Of a stretch of 64,000 nucleotides of DNA, positions 50,406-64,000 are shown piece by piece (positions within the stretch are counted from its first letter, which is position 1; each line of letters starts with the position of its first letter). Made by a program: the position numbers and the translations under genes. The DNA is taken from assembly GCA_950097015.1 (NCBI GenBank), contig CATNEN010000026.1, forward strand, positions 496,001 through 560,000. Direction: 5' to 3'. Source of the DNA: Macrostomum hystrix. Lineage: Eukaryota; Animalia; Platyhelminthes. The notes beneath the pieces are model-generated. The model saw only the letters and a list, made by a program, of their open reading frames with translations. It was not told the origin of the DNA and did no database searches.

Positions 50406-52669
50406 GATTCCTGGTTCCCCTGCTGACGTGTCCGAAGTCAATGTTCCAGTCGCTCTGCGTTCGCAAGCATGCTTGGGATTGCCCGCTGGATGAGCCGACT
50501 AGACAGCAGTGGATGAAGTGGCTGATAGACATGCTGCAAGCGCGATTTGAAGTTCCGCGGCTGTTGATATTGTCGACGCGGGTAGTCAAGGAGATGCAGC
50601 TGCATGGCTTCTGTGACGCCTCTGCCAAGTGCTACGCAGCCTGCCTTTATTTGCGAGTTCAGTACACCGACGGTTCTATCAGCTGCAACTTGGTCGCTGC
50701 TAAGTCAAGAGTAGCTCCACTGTCGGCCCTGTCGATTCCTCGGCTCGAGTTGTTGGGTGCCCTGATATTAGCCAGGCTACTGACTTCAGCTCTCAGTCAA
50801 CATTCTCAGGTTCGCCATATGTTTTGCTGGACGGACAGCGCCGACGCGCTCTATTGGATACGACAGCACAGGCCCTGGAAGCTCTTTGTCCACAACCGAG
50901 TGTCTGAGATTCGACGCCTGCTGCCCGAAGACTCGTGGCGACATGTACCAGGCGATGAAAACCCTGCTGACGTTGCGTCACGTGGTACATCGGTCGACAA
51001 ATTGCAGGCCGATTTCCGCTGGTGGCATGGCCCGGACTGGCTCAGACAGCCCCCTGACGACTGGCCTGATCAGTCCTTTCTCAGCCTACCGGTAACCGCG
51101 ATTGAACAGAAGACATCAGTCAACAAATCTGTCGTCCTGCTCGCCGAAGCAGGTCCTGACCCTGGTCTGCAGGGAGTTCTTCAGGATTCCGAATTTTCTT
51201 CATGGAACAAGCTCATTCGCTTGACGGCGTTCGTCCTTCGATTCGTCAACAACTTGCGTTTTCGAACTTCTGCAGCGGGGGAGGATCGAGTAGGACCACT
51301 GACAGCTGCAGAAGTTTCAGAAGCTGAAGAACGATGGCTGCGGGAAGTGCAACGGCGTAGTTTTCCTGCTGAAATCGCTCACCTTGAGAAGTCAACAGCG
51401 ACTACAGATCTCACAAAGCAGTTGAATCTCTTCATCGACAGCAAAGGTCTGCTCCGCAGTCAAGGTCGTTTACGAGAATCAAGCGTTGGCACAGCTACTG
51501 ACTGCCCCATCCTCGTTCCGAGCAAGACGCATCTAGAAGTCCTTCTCATCCGAGATGCACACAGCAAAGTTCTGCATGGGGGAGTGTCTAGCACTCTTTG
51601 CAAGCTGCGAGAAAGGTTCTGGTTGATCCGTGGAAGGCAGCGAATGAAAACGATTCTAGGAAAATGCGTCGTCTGCAGGCGTCTTCAAGGTCTTCCGTTC
51701 GCTGTGAAGCAAGTTCCTGCGTTGCCAGAATCTCGTGTGAAGGCGGAGAGAGCCTTTGAATGGAGCGGGCTAGACTACTGCGGTCCCGTCAAGCTGAAGC
51801 AAGACGCGGCAGTCGAGAAGGGCTACATTCTGGTGTTCACCTGCGCAGCGACAAGAGCGGTTCACCTAGAGCTGGTGAAGGACCTGACAACTGAGACCTT
51901 CCTGCGAGCACTAAGGAGATTTTGCGCCCGGAGAGGCATCTCCAGTCTCATCAGCGACAACGCCAAGACGTTTACCAAAGCTGCCCGAATACTGCAAGCA
52001 TCGGAGAGTCGACAAGTGCAGGATTTCTGTGCGACACGCAAGATCACCTGGCAGTTCATCACCGAGCGCGCACCTTGGCAAGGCGGCTTCTGGGAGCGGC
52101 TGATGAAGGACATCAAGCTGGCTCTGCGCAAGACCATTCTCAATGCCTGTCTCACACCGGACGAGCTGCTGACCGTGCTGCTGGAGGTCGAGGCAGTGCT
52201 CAACAGCCGCCCCCTACTCTACGTGGATGCAGAGACCAACGGAGAAGTCCTGACGCCGGCGCACTTTCTGGTCCTGCAACGGCTGACGGCGGAGCCAACT
52301 TCTAGCGGGGCGCCCGATCTCCTGCTGCCGTTGCCAACACTGCTGAGGCGAATGCGCGCCAGACTGCATGCCTTCTGGGACTGCTGGGAGCGACAGTATC
52401 TGACCAGCCTGCGAGAACATCATCTCAGTCCCAAGCATGGCGTGACTCGAGAAGCGACAGCCGGCGACATCGTCCTGGTGAAAGGCGAAGCCGGTCAGCC
52501 GAGGCTCACCTGGTGCACCGGTGTCATCGAGTCGGTGTATCCTGGCCGAGACGGGGCGGTGAGATCTGCAACAGTTCGAGTCGCGCCCAAGCCTTGCCGC
52601 GGTCCCAGGAGATGCTTGATCCGCAGACCGGTGGAGAACCTGATTTTGCGGGAAGCTGCGACCGAATGA
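50282..52669 (+). CDS. BEL/Pao RNase H-integrase part of the polyprotein (-1 frame relative to the upstream ORF)
   Basis: RVYDPLGFL, LHGFCDASAKCYAA, SIPRLELLGA, WTDSADAL, NPADVASRG, an HHCC zinc finger, GLDYCGP, SDNAKTF, GGFWERL and FWDCWERQYL. Confidence 0.92.
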   Translation: MRWETDSDVFVLQFSPPDELVKATQTKRVMLQLLARVYDPLGFLVPLLTCPKSMFQSLCVRKHAWDCPLDEPTRQQWMKWLIDMLQARFEVPRLLILSTRVVKEMQLHGFCDASAKCYAACLYLRVQYTDGSISCNLVAAKSRVAPLSALSIPRLELLGALILARLLTSALSQHSQVRHMFCWTDSADALYWIRQHRPWKLFVHNRVSEIRRLLPEDSWRHVPGDENPADVASRGTSVDKLQADFRWWHGPDWLRQPPDDWPDQSFLSLPVTAIEQKTSVNKSVVLLAEAGPDPGLQGVLQDSEFSSWNKLIRLTAFVLRFVNNLRFRTSAAGEDRVGPLTAAEVSEAEERWLREVQRRSFPAEIAHLEKSTATTDLTKQLNLFIDSKGLLRSQGRLRESSVGTATDCPILVPSKTHLEVLLIRDAHSKVLHGGVSSTLCKLRERFWLIRGRQRMKTILGKCVVCRRLQGLPFAVKQVPALPESRVKAERAFEWSGLDYCGPVKLKQDAAVEKGYILVFTCAATRAVHLELVKDLTTETFLRALRRFCARRGISSLISDNAKTFTKAARILQASESRQVQDFCATRKITWQFITERAPWQGGFWERLMKDIKLALRKTILNACLTPDELLTVLLEVEAVLNSRPLLYVDAETNGEVLTPAHFLVLQRLTAEPTSSGAPDLLLPLPTLLRRMRARLHAFWDCWERQYLTSLREHHLSPKHGVTREATAGDIVLVKGEAGQPRLTWCTGVIESVYPGRDGAVRSATVRVAPKPCRGPRRCLIRRPVENLILREAATE

Positions 52670-52929
52670 ACTTTAGTACTGACTTTCAGGGACTGTTCTA
52701 ATCTTAAATTTGAGTTCTAAAATTTATAGTATAGTTCCAGTCATTTTTCATCTTATTATTTAGAGCCAGTTACTCCTTAGCGCCGATTGAAAATTTGAGT
52801 TTCGATGTACTTTCGTTACTGTATCGCAGTGCAACTGTTAACTGTTAGCTATTGTATGACTTCGTAATCTGTTTCGCCTTTCGAATACTCGTATCAACAT
52901 TTCAAGTACCGTAATGATGAAGCATCATT

Positions 52930-52937
52930 AGGGGGAG
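52930..52937 (+). other. Polypurine tract AGGGGGAG
   Basis: Directly precedes the 3' LTR. Confidence 0.85.
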
Positions 52938-53196
52938 TGTGTTGGAATTTGGGTGCCTGCGGACCGACCCTCTGCTATGTGTAGCGTCGCCAGTGTACGC
53001 TTGGCGCTCCCCCTCTCAGTGTGCATGTTGGGGTGGGTGGTAATGTGCAAGGTTGGTGTTGCGTCAGAGAGCTGGAGAGTGTGAAGTGATTTAATAATAA
53101 ATAAAGCAATCAATTAGCCACAGGGCACCTTAACAACTTTTTGTTATCATAGCTCTGCCTTCTCAAACCCTCAGAGTTCTGTATTATTCCTTTACA
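52938..53196 (+). repeat. 3' LTR
   Basis: Matches 46904-47162 and is followed by the TSD GGCGT. Confidence 0.95.
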
Positions 53197-56100
53197 GGCG
53201 TAGGCACTGCAGTGTTGTGCACCGATCAATTTATTTTATGAATAATAAAAAAATATCATTGATTTTTCTCATGAAAAAAATTAATTATAAATACTTCATC
53301 CATTCAAAGAGATATACTTAAAACGAGAGCTTCACAGATACTGATCAGTTCAGATTTTTTAATGAAGCAGGAACAAAATGCGTGGAAGGACAACCGTTTT
53401 TTAGTTTACTCTATACTTGCGCTACCTAGAAAGTCAATTGGGGTTAATGTATTTTAGATTAAAATTTGTTCCTATCGTTTTTTGTCAGTCCAGAAACCAC
53501 TAGGAGTAAAACACTTTATGACATTCGGTAGAGCAACATCTTAGGTAAGCAACATCTGAGTTCTCGTCCTCTAGTGCTAGCTGTTATTACAGAAATATCC
53601 ACCGATTCTTGTTTAATGTATGCAATCGCTTAAGCTTTTTAATGATAAGCGATTTCCATTGCATCTTTTACAATTAAATTTTACATTTATCGCTTGGATG
53701 AAAAGCAGCTTTAATATTTAATTGGAAAATATCTCATTGAAACATCGTGACATTTAGCTGGCGCTTTTTTGACAAATTCAATATGGTAAAATTACCGGAT
53801 AAGTTTCTAAGAAACTTTACTTGGTGCTTCGTCACTCGGCCAGCCTACCTGCCAAGGTTTACATGATCTTTTTTTCTATCGCGGCTATGAATTCAGAAGT
53901 TCTGTTTTATGAACAATATTCTATAATTTAAATACATTTGCTGTTTTTTATAAACAGACATTAGCTTGAGCTACCTATACAGAAACTCTCAATCTCTGAT
54001 CAAACACAGGCTTACATATGCACAGCTACCTATGCCCGTATGGCTATAGAGGTAGTTGGTTTAGATAATTTTTGTGTAACTCACTTAAGCTCCACTGATT
54101 TAAAAAATTAGCTAGGGCTTACAGTCATTTTGGTGACAAGACATTTTAGTCATGGAAAAGTTGTTTTGGTGCAGTGCAAGCAAGTGCAAGCTTGTAATAA
54201 CAAGCATGTTATTACAAGCAAGAAAATATATAAATGACAGTGATAATAGGCCTATCCATTTATTGATAGGCGTTCTTTTTATTTTTTTTTCACTAAAATA
54301 ACTTGGCACCAAATTGACATAACTTAATTATGAATTATTCTGCAACTTAGGCAAGTCAATGATATTTAGGCAATGTTCAACTTCCGTTCGTTATATTATT
54401 TTTTTGTTTGCAAATGACAGATAACGACAAAAAACTAGTTTAACGGTAACAAAAAGTCAGTAGTTTGGTCACACAGTTCTGAAAAGTCTTGGTCAGTCTT
54501 TCTTCTTTCAAACTGGGTAATAGTGCCTAATCCAGTAGAGGAGGGCACCAAAGATTTTCTTGGGGTATAGACGGCACCATAAGAATTCTTCGAGGTGGCT
54601 TTCGAATAGAGCAGCACTCGTGCCATGCATTTGAAGTAGCTTGGCCTTTGTGAAATCTTCAGCTGCAGAATTTCTGTGCTTTAGCTTCTTGTTCCCCCAT
54701 ATTTGCCAGATTTTGCCATAAACATAGATCCAAGTGTCAAGTCACGGCAAAGCCATGTCAGCACAACTTTTTAAAACTCAGAATCCACATGTGGCACAAA
54801 AACAAACGAAAAAATAGAATAACGAACGGAAGTAGAACATTGCCAATATTTAGTTCAGCTAGATTATCTATTAAAGTAGGCCTACATTGAATCTACTCTG
54901 GGCTTAAGTTAACCTAGATGTTAGTATAAGGCCTAACAATCTACTTGGGTCACAGCCACTTTGGTAACAAGTCATCTGATTTGATCTGATCTAGTGATCT
55001 ATTTCTATACAGTCTTATGGTCATTTATTTGTGAACTATCAAAAAGCTAAATGTTAGGGGGCCTAAAATATTTTTACAGCTTACTTTTTTATTTTAATAT
55101 CGAGCTATTTAAACATATACATTTTGTGTAAGTATTTTTTGGTAAAATTGAGGGTAATAAGGAGGCATAGTAGTCTGTTTTTATACATATATAGAAATTT
55201 TAGTATAAATTGAGACAAAAAACTAAATGCAAAATTCAATATTTGGTAACAAGTCATCTGATTTGATCTGATCTAGTGACTATATTAGACATACTTAATA
55301 TATTTTTACTTGATTTAAATTTACTATTGTAAATTTACTACATCATATCTGTTCATATTCATATGGCCAAAGCAGTTGTTACCAAAGTTTATTTGATATT
55401 AGGCCTATAATGATTAAGTTTTGTGTTTTTGCTAATCTTAGTAGCCAAAAGGCCTAGTCTACAGAACTGTCAGTTAAACTTTTTTTCTTTAATTCAATTT
55501 TCTAAATTTGTTTATCTTTCTAAAGTCAACACAGACAAAACCGCTGAACAAATAAATACTTAAACAGATATTAGTAGCTAAATTTTTTATTCTAGTTCAA
55601 TGAGCTATATAGCAACACTCAATCAACAATTGCTAAAAGTTGTACACATAAACAAATTATATTGCTTTTACTGATAGAAGTTAAGCAAAAAGTGTTTTTG
55701 GTTATTGCTTATTACGTACTTTTTTCTTTAATATATTTAGTACCATTCATGATGGCCTTGCAAATAAAACTAGGCATTTACAATTATTTATTGGAGGAGG
55801 AGTTTTGTAGTTTTACTTAAGAAATATAGAGGAATCAAATTTAAGGTTAAATATAATTTAAAAATGTTTTTACTGGGTAGCCCAGAACAATATTACTTTA
55901 ATGCTATAGACTAGGCCTATGCAATTAGAATTATATTGTTGCCTTATGTCACAATAAAAAAGTGATAAAAATATGTTAAAATAATTTACAAATCTGGGTA
56001 TAGCTAGATAAGAAAAGGCTCTGGATATAGATTGGCTATAGGATATGGATACAGATATAGATACATATATAGTGAAAAGTTGGTTACTATAGAATTCTAA

Positions 56101-57015
56101 AATGGTAGGTACTCATTGTATAGATTAAATTCAGATAAAATTTACCCCGTCATGTCTTTATTTATTTAACTTTATGTAGCACAGACCACAAATCTAAATA
56201 AATCAATAGAACCTATATTTTTCAAATAAAATATTTACCAAAGCTTAACAAGTTCATAATTAGTGGGTTGAATAGTTGAATTGCATCACTTTCTAATTTG
56301 GTTATAATCTTCTGTACTACCCATCAAGCCTAAATTGGTAGCCTAAATTTAACTATATTCCAAAACAAGTTTTAAAAAATTAAGAATGGAACAATGGAAG
56401 CTACAAAGCTGAGTTAAAGTTAAATGGCTTCTAAACTCTATGTACACATATAATATTAACCTTACAAGATGCTCAAGATAATCTTAAAACAATTTGCATA
56501 ATATTTTACTATTTAAAAAGGATTCACTATCCTGTTATAGCCAATCTTATCTTATCTGTAAGATGGCTAGCCTAGCCTTAAATATACAAGCAGACAAGGG
56601 ATGCATAGATACTTGCTTTATATGTGCAACTCATATTAGAAGTATTTTAAGCATGAATTTAAACCTCTAGTACTGAAATAACATTTTTCTACATTGGAAA
56701 TAGTTGTAGAGACATACTATTGAGTCTAGTTTTATGGACATGTTCAAATCGTTGAATTAAAGTCCTACCGCATCTTATACAATTGCATTTCAGATGCTTT
56801 TACCTGGGTAGCCCCACCGCAGCTGTTAAACAGGTGGGCATTGTTTGTTTAATAAAATCCGCATCCACTGCAATGTCATCAGGGACGAAAATGTTGACAA
56901 CAGTTCAGGAAGGCTTTACTGCGGTTAGTTAATGAAAATTCTACATTTTTTTAGTATTTTGTCGGTAGCAAACGAATCGAGTTCCTATTATACTTATATT
57001 TTAATAAAATATTAG

Positions 57016-58470
<1,455 letters not shown>

Positions 58471-58812
58471 GGATTAGTAGACAGCACTCACAGATCCCAC
58501 GGATTAGTAGACAGCCCTCACAGATCCCCGGATTAGTAGACAGCCCTCACAGATCCCACGGATTAGTAGACAGCCCTCACAGATCCCACGGATTAGTAGA
58601 CAGCCCTCACAGATCCAATGGATTAGTAGACAGCCCTCACAGATCCAATGGATTAGTAGACAGCCCTCACAGATCCAATGGATTAGTAGACAGCCCTCAC
58701 AGATACAATGGATTAGTAGACAGCCCTCACAGATACAATGGATTAGTAGACAGCCCTCACAGATCCAATGGATTAGTAGACAGCCCTCACAGATCCAATG
58801 GATTAGTAGACA
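58471..58812. repeat. Minisatellite, 29/30-bp unit GGATTAGTAGACAGCCCTCACAGATCCAAT (about 11 copies)
   Basis: Direct reading. It is contiguous with, and related to, the 62-bp array. Confidence 0.95.
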
Positions 58813-59709
58813 GTCATGTTACATCATGGATAATTTTCCGTTGGTTAAAAAGTATTTTTTTTTCATTTCTCGTCTACGCATTTTGACTTTATGGAGGAGG
58901 TGCATATCTTTCGCCGCCAGCCGCTAGTGTCCGTTTTCATGCGTCATAGATTAATAATAATGACTATAATAGGCTTAGCTGTTCGCCGCACAGCGAAAGT
59001 ACAAATTGACTCGTACATGTATATATTATATTCGCTACTTTATTGGCTACTAGTAAAGAGAATTAAGAGGCCTCCCAGAATGACGGGTGCCTCTGCCCCC
59101 ACCCTGTCTTCCTACCCACCCACCTCTGCGGCTGTACCCCTCGACCAGTTTTCTTTATTTAATTTCTATTGCCTAATTATGCCGGCGCGCAGGGATTGGT
59201 GGGAACCGTGTAACCATATGCAATGTAGTCTTCGTGTGCATGCATCCATGCAGATTCTGTATATATTAAAGGTATTTGGTACTCGGCGCGAGGCTTGTGC
59301 GGTTTTGCGAATCGTTTTACCTAATAGGTAGGCGGGTTAGATTGGACTGGGAGAGGTAGGGAGGCATAGAGATCTTAGGCTGTTGCTTGCGTGCACAAAT
59401 TTCTTATTTAGTTTCTTCTTTACACTTTTTAAGGTCGGCAGGAAGGGCTGGGCTACAGAACCGTGTTGTTTTTGCTGCTAGAGTGCCGGTTGGGTGGCTG
59501 TTGTAAGATGAGCAGCTGGGTTTGTGTTTTTAATATTGTATTCTGCTGCACACATTTGTAAGTTGATGCACAAATTAAAGCGAATAATGAGCGAGAAGAG
59601 AACACGGGCTGTTGTCGGTACTGATGATACTGGCGTACGGCTAAGCTAAATAGAACTTAATATGCAACTCCACTTACTTCACTTATTCTAACCATACCTT
59701 CTAATAGAT

Positions 59710-60723
59710 AATTTGACAGCATTAGAGCAGGAATACAGACAATTTGACAGCATCAGAGCAGGAATACAGACAATTTGACAGCATCAGAGCAGGAATACAG
59801 ACAATTTGACAGCATCAGAGCAGGAATACAGACAATTTGACAGCATCAGAGCAGGAATACAGACAATTTGACAGCATCAGAGCAGGAATACAGACAATTT
59901 GACAGCATCAAAGCAGGAATACAGACAATTTGACAGCATTAGAGCAGGAATACAGAAAATTTGACAGCATCAGAGCAGGAATACAGACAATTTGACAGCA
60001 TCAGAGCAGGAATACAGACAATTTGACAGCATCAGAGCAGGAATACAGACAATTTGACAGCATCAGAGCAGGAATACATACAATTTGATAGCATTAGAGC
60101 AGGAATACAGACAAATTGACAGCTTTAAAACAGGAATACAGACAATTTGACAGCATCAGAGCAGGAATACAGACAATTTGACAGCATCAGAGCAGGAATA
60201 CATACAATTTGACAGCATCAGAGCAGGAATACAGACAATTTGACAGCATTAGAGCAGGAATACATACAATTTGACAGCATTAGAGCAGGAATACAGACAA
60301 ATTGACAGCATTAGAGCAGGAATACAGACAAATTGACAGCATTAGAGCAGGAATACAGACAAATTGACAGCTTTAGAGCAGGAATACAGACAATTTGACA
60401 GCTTTTTAACAGGAATACAGACAAATTGACAGCTTTAGAGCAGGAATACAGACAATTTGACAGCATTAGAGCAGGAATACATACAATTTGACAGCATTAG
60501 AGCAGGAATACAGACAAATTGACAGCTTTAGAGCAGGAATACAGACAAATTGACAGCTTTAGAGCAGGAATACAGACAAATTGACAGCTTTAGAGCAGGA
60601 ATACAGACAAATTGACAGCTTTAGAGCAGGAATACAAACAATTTGACAGCTTTTTAACAGGAATACAAACAATTTGACAGCTTTTTAACAGGAATACAGA
60701 CAATTTGACAGCTTTAAAACAGG
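59710..60723. repeat. Minisatellite, 31-bp unit CAATTTGACAGCATCAGAGCAGGAATACAGA (about 33 copies)
   Basis: Direct reading. Confidence 0.96.
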
Positions 60724-61219
60724 TCATACAGAGTTGCAGACAATTTGACGGCTTTGGAACAGAAAAGGGTGATTTTTCCCAGCTTTCATTGGACTACTCA
60801 CAATTTCACAGCTTGGACTTAGAATTAGGTTAAGTTTACAAACCTGGAGACAATATATAAGTACAATTTTATAATGGACAAGCCTATCGTTATGAATGAC
60901 TGTCAAAATGGGTGAAATTAATTGGCCAGTCGGTTAGTTGTTGCTGGCACAGTTTTCTTGTTAACTGGTTAATTAAAAGCATTTTTTGTGTAGCTCGACT
61001 GTGAGCAGTTTTCAAAATTCCATGTTAAAAAACACACTGGCTGCTTTTAGCTGCACTCCCCGTGCACTGCTCCCATGGGGCTGGGGCTTATGTGGGTAGA
61101 TTGCACCATTTTCTCACCCTCTCTCCCTGTCGCTCGGCCTACTTTGTATGCGAGTGCCAGTGCAACACTATAGGAATTGGTGACATTCTCTCTTTACTCG
61201 TAAGTCACTCGCTTTTATT

Positions 61220-61617
61220 GAGACTGTCATCCCAGATTCCCAAAATTGGGACTTTTATCACCCCAGATCCCCAGATTGGGACTGTCATTATCCCAGATCC
61301 CCAGGTTGGGACTGTCATTATCCCAGATCTCCAGATTGGACTGTCATTATCCCAGATTCTCAATTTGAGACTGTCGTCATCCTAGATCTCCTATTTAAGA
61401 CTTTTATAATCCCAGATCCCTAATTTGGGACTGTCATCATCCTTGATCTCCTATCTATGACTGTCATAATCCCAGATCCCTAATTTGGGACCTTCATCAT
61501 CCTAGATCCCTAATTTGAGACTGTCATCATCCTAGATCCCTATTTTGAGAGCGTCATCATCCTAGATCCCTATTTTGAGACTGTCATCATCCTAGATCCC
61601 TAATTTGAGACTGTCAT
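61220..61617. repeat. Diverged minisatellite, 30-bp unit GACTGTCATCATCCTAGATCCCTAATTTGA (about 13 copies)
   Basis: Direct reading. Confidence 0.9.
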
Positions 61618-62184
61618 TTGATAATAAGAGTCAAAATGGGGGGTTAGAAAGTCACCTGAATGTACTTAATTACACTGCCTAGTTTTTTTGGTTTTTATTT
61701 TAGCTGCGTTTGTTTAACTCGCCTACTTGAATGGAGTCAAGCACACAGGGTGCGTGTGGTGCAGGTGTCAATTAAGAACTGAGCTTGATTGATATACTTG
61801 CAATCGTAATCAACGTGTCAGTAGGTGTGTTCGCTGTTAAATATAGTCTTATATGTCTTTTAGGCTAGTTATGTTAACGCTCGCTATCTGAACCAAGATC
61901 ACTTTACTAGTTGGCAGCTAGACAGGGTTGTTTAACAACCACATCGTATACATGGAGATTACACATTGTGGACCTTCCACCTTTAACTGTATATTGCGCT
62001 TAATTCTCTTCGACTCTTGGATTTTTAAAAACAAGATTAGCATTTCACACGTGTACTGTCAAGCTGTTATGCCAAGGCTTGTTGCTTGTAGCACAAAACT
62101 ATTAAAACAATTTGGCCATGAACTTTTGGCTAGGCTAACTTTGAAACTGCGGTGACAAATACGAGTATAATGATCGATTTATAA

Positions 62185-62990
62185 ACCTGTGAACAAGAGT
62201 GTAATGACTCATTCAAGACCAATCTATGAACCCGTGAACAAGAGTGTAATGACTCATTCAAGACCAATCTATGAACCCGTGAACAAGAGTGTAATGACTC
62301 ATTCAAGACCAATCTATGAACCCGTGAACAAGAGTGTAATGACTCATTCAAGACCAATCTATGAACCCGTGAACAAGAGTGTAATGACTCATTCAAGACC
62401 AATCTATGAACCCGTGAACAAGAGTGTAATGACTCATTCAAGACCAATCTATGAACCCGTGAACAAGAGTGTAATGACTCATTTAAGACCAATCTATGAA
62501 CCCGTGAACAAGAGTGTAATGACTCATTCAAGACCAATCTATGAACCCGTGAACAAGAGTGTAATGACTCATTCAAGACCAATCTATGAACCCGTGAACA
62601 AGAGTGTAATGACTCATTCAAGACCAATCTATGAACCCGTGAACAAGAGTGTAATGACTCATTCAAGACCAATCTATGAACCCGTGAACAAGAGTGTAAT
62701 GACTTATTCAAGACCAATCTATGAACCCGTGAACAAGAGTGTAATGACTCATTCAAGACCAATCTATGAACCCGTGAACAAGAGTGTAATGACTCATTCA
62801 AGACCAATCTATGAACCCGTGAACAAGAGTGTAATGACTCATTCAAGACCAATCTATGAACCTGTGAACAAGGGTGTAATGACTCATTAATGACTAATCT
62901 ATGAATTTGTGGAGAAGGGTGTAATGACTCCTTAATGACTAATCTATGAATTTGTGGAGAAGGGTGTAATGACTCATTCATGACCAATCT
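62185..62990. repeat. Minisatellite, 45-bp unit ATGACTCATTCAAGACCAATCTATGAACCCGTGAACAAGAGTGTA (about 17 copies)
   Basis: Direct reading. It explains the 15-aa-repeat ORFs on both strands. Confidence 0.97.
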
Positions 62991-64000
62991 ATGAACCCAT
63001 TAACAATGGTTCCCTGGTATGATATGGAAATGACTCATTTATGACCAATCTATGAACCTGTTAGCAAGGGTATAATGACTCATTCATTACTAATCTATGA
63101 ACCCATTAACAATGGTTCCCTGGTATGATATTGAAATGACTCATTTATGACCAATCTATGAACCTGTTAGCAAGGGTATAATGACTCATTCATTACTAAT
63201 CTATGAACCCATTAACAATGGTTCCCTGGTATGATATGGAAATGACTCATTTATGACCAATCTATGAACCTGTTAGCAAGGGTATAATGACTCATTCATG
63301 ACTAATCTTTGAACCTATTAACAATGGTTCCCTGGTATGATATGGAAATGACTCATTTATGACCAATCTATGAACCTGTTAGCAAGGGTATAATGACTCA
63401 TTCATTACTAATCTTTGAACCTATTAACAATGGTTCCCTGGTATGATATGGAAATGACTCATTTATGACCAATCTATGAACCTGTTAGCAAGGGTATAAT
63501 GACTCATTCATTACTAATCTATGAACCCATTAACAATGGTTCCCTGGTATGATATGGAAATGACTCATTTATGACCAATCTATGAACCTGTTAGCAAGGG
63601 TATAATGACTCATTCATTACTAATCTTTGAACCTATTAACAATGGTTCCCTGGTATGATATGGAAATGACTCATTTATGACCAATCTATGAACCTGTTAG
63701 CAAGGGTATAATGACTCATTCATTACTAATCTATGAACCTATTAACAATGGTTCCCTGGTATGATATGGAAATGACTCATTTATGACCAATCTATGAACC
63801 TGTTAGCAAGGGTATAATGACTCATTCATTACTAATCTTTGAACCTATTAACAATGGTTCCCTGGTATGATATGGAAATGACTCATTTATGACCAATCTA
63901 TGAACCTGTTAGCAAGGGTATAATGACTCATTCATTACTAATCTATGAACCTATTAACAATGGTTCCCTGGTATGATATGGAAATGACTCATTTATGACC
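62991..64000. repeat. Higher-order repeat, 106-bp unit (45-bp + 61-bp monomers) derived from the 45-bp array; truncated by the window end
   Basis: TAACAATGGTTCCCTGG recurs at 63001, 63107 and 63213, a 106-bp period. Confidence 0.95.

Larger units (their letters stand above)
46904..53196 (+). mobile_element. Full-length BEL/Pao LTR retrotransposon
   Basis: Two 259-bp LTRs (TG...CA), 5-bp TSD GGCGT (46899-46903 and 53197-53201), PBS, PPT, and gag-protease-RT-RNaseH-integrase order. Confidence 0.97.

Noticed and set aside
52670-52930. env-like third ORF in the BEL/Pao element
   Set aside because: Only about 260 bp of AT-rich, stop-rich sequence lies between integrase and the PPT.
54435-54720. 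Minus-strand ORF remnant possibly from a LINE
   Set aside because: It is short, interrupted by a stop, and has no recognisable RT or endonuclease motif.
56794-56834. Possible extra MARK micro-exon (tttcag|...aaacag|gt)
   Set aside because: Phase fits the next exon, but no upstream coding exon or homology supports it.
58891-59331. 146-aa plus-strand ORF as the next MARK exon or a nested gene
   Set aside because: It has no kinase motifs, intron-like composition and no convincing splice sites.

Overview
Eukaryotic (animal) genomic DNA, not prokaryotic. GC-rich exons sit in AT-rich introns, and about 33 kb of the 64 kb consists of about 18 distinct minisatellite arrays (units 18-106 bp). This style resembles the flatworm Macrostomum (inference only). 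Manual splice modelling gives four head-to-tail minus-strand genes: ARID4-like (5 coding exons), Rab9-like (one coding exon, start problem), an 8-exon unrecognised protein of about 593 aa, and a 4-exon GADD45-like gene that the ORF track misses. A full-length, recent BEL/Pao LTR retrotransposon (259-bp LTRs, GGCGT target duplication, tRNA-Lys-type PBS, two apparent lesions) separates ARID4 from a divergent plus-strand MARK/Par-1 kinase gene, of which one exon is present. Most long ORFs in the track are artefacts of stop-free repeat frames. The most notable patterns are intron-private minisatellites, one array that amplifies a predicted 5' splice junction in frame, GATC in half of the array units, and a possible trans-spliced or operon-like gene run. 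No CRISPR, rRNA or tRNA gene was found.
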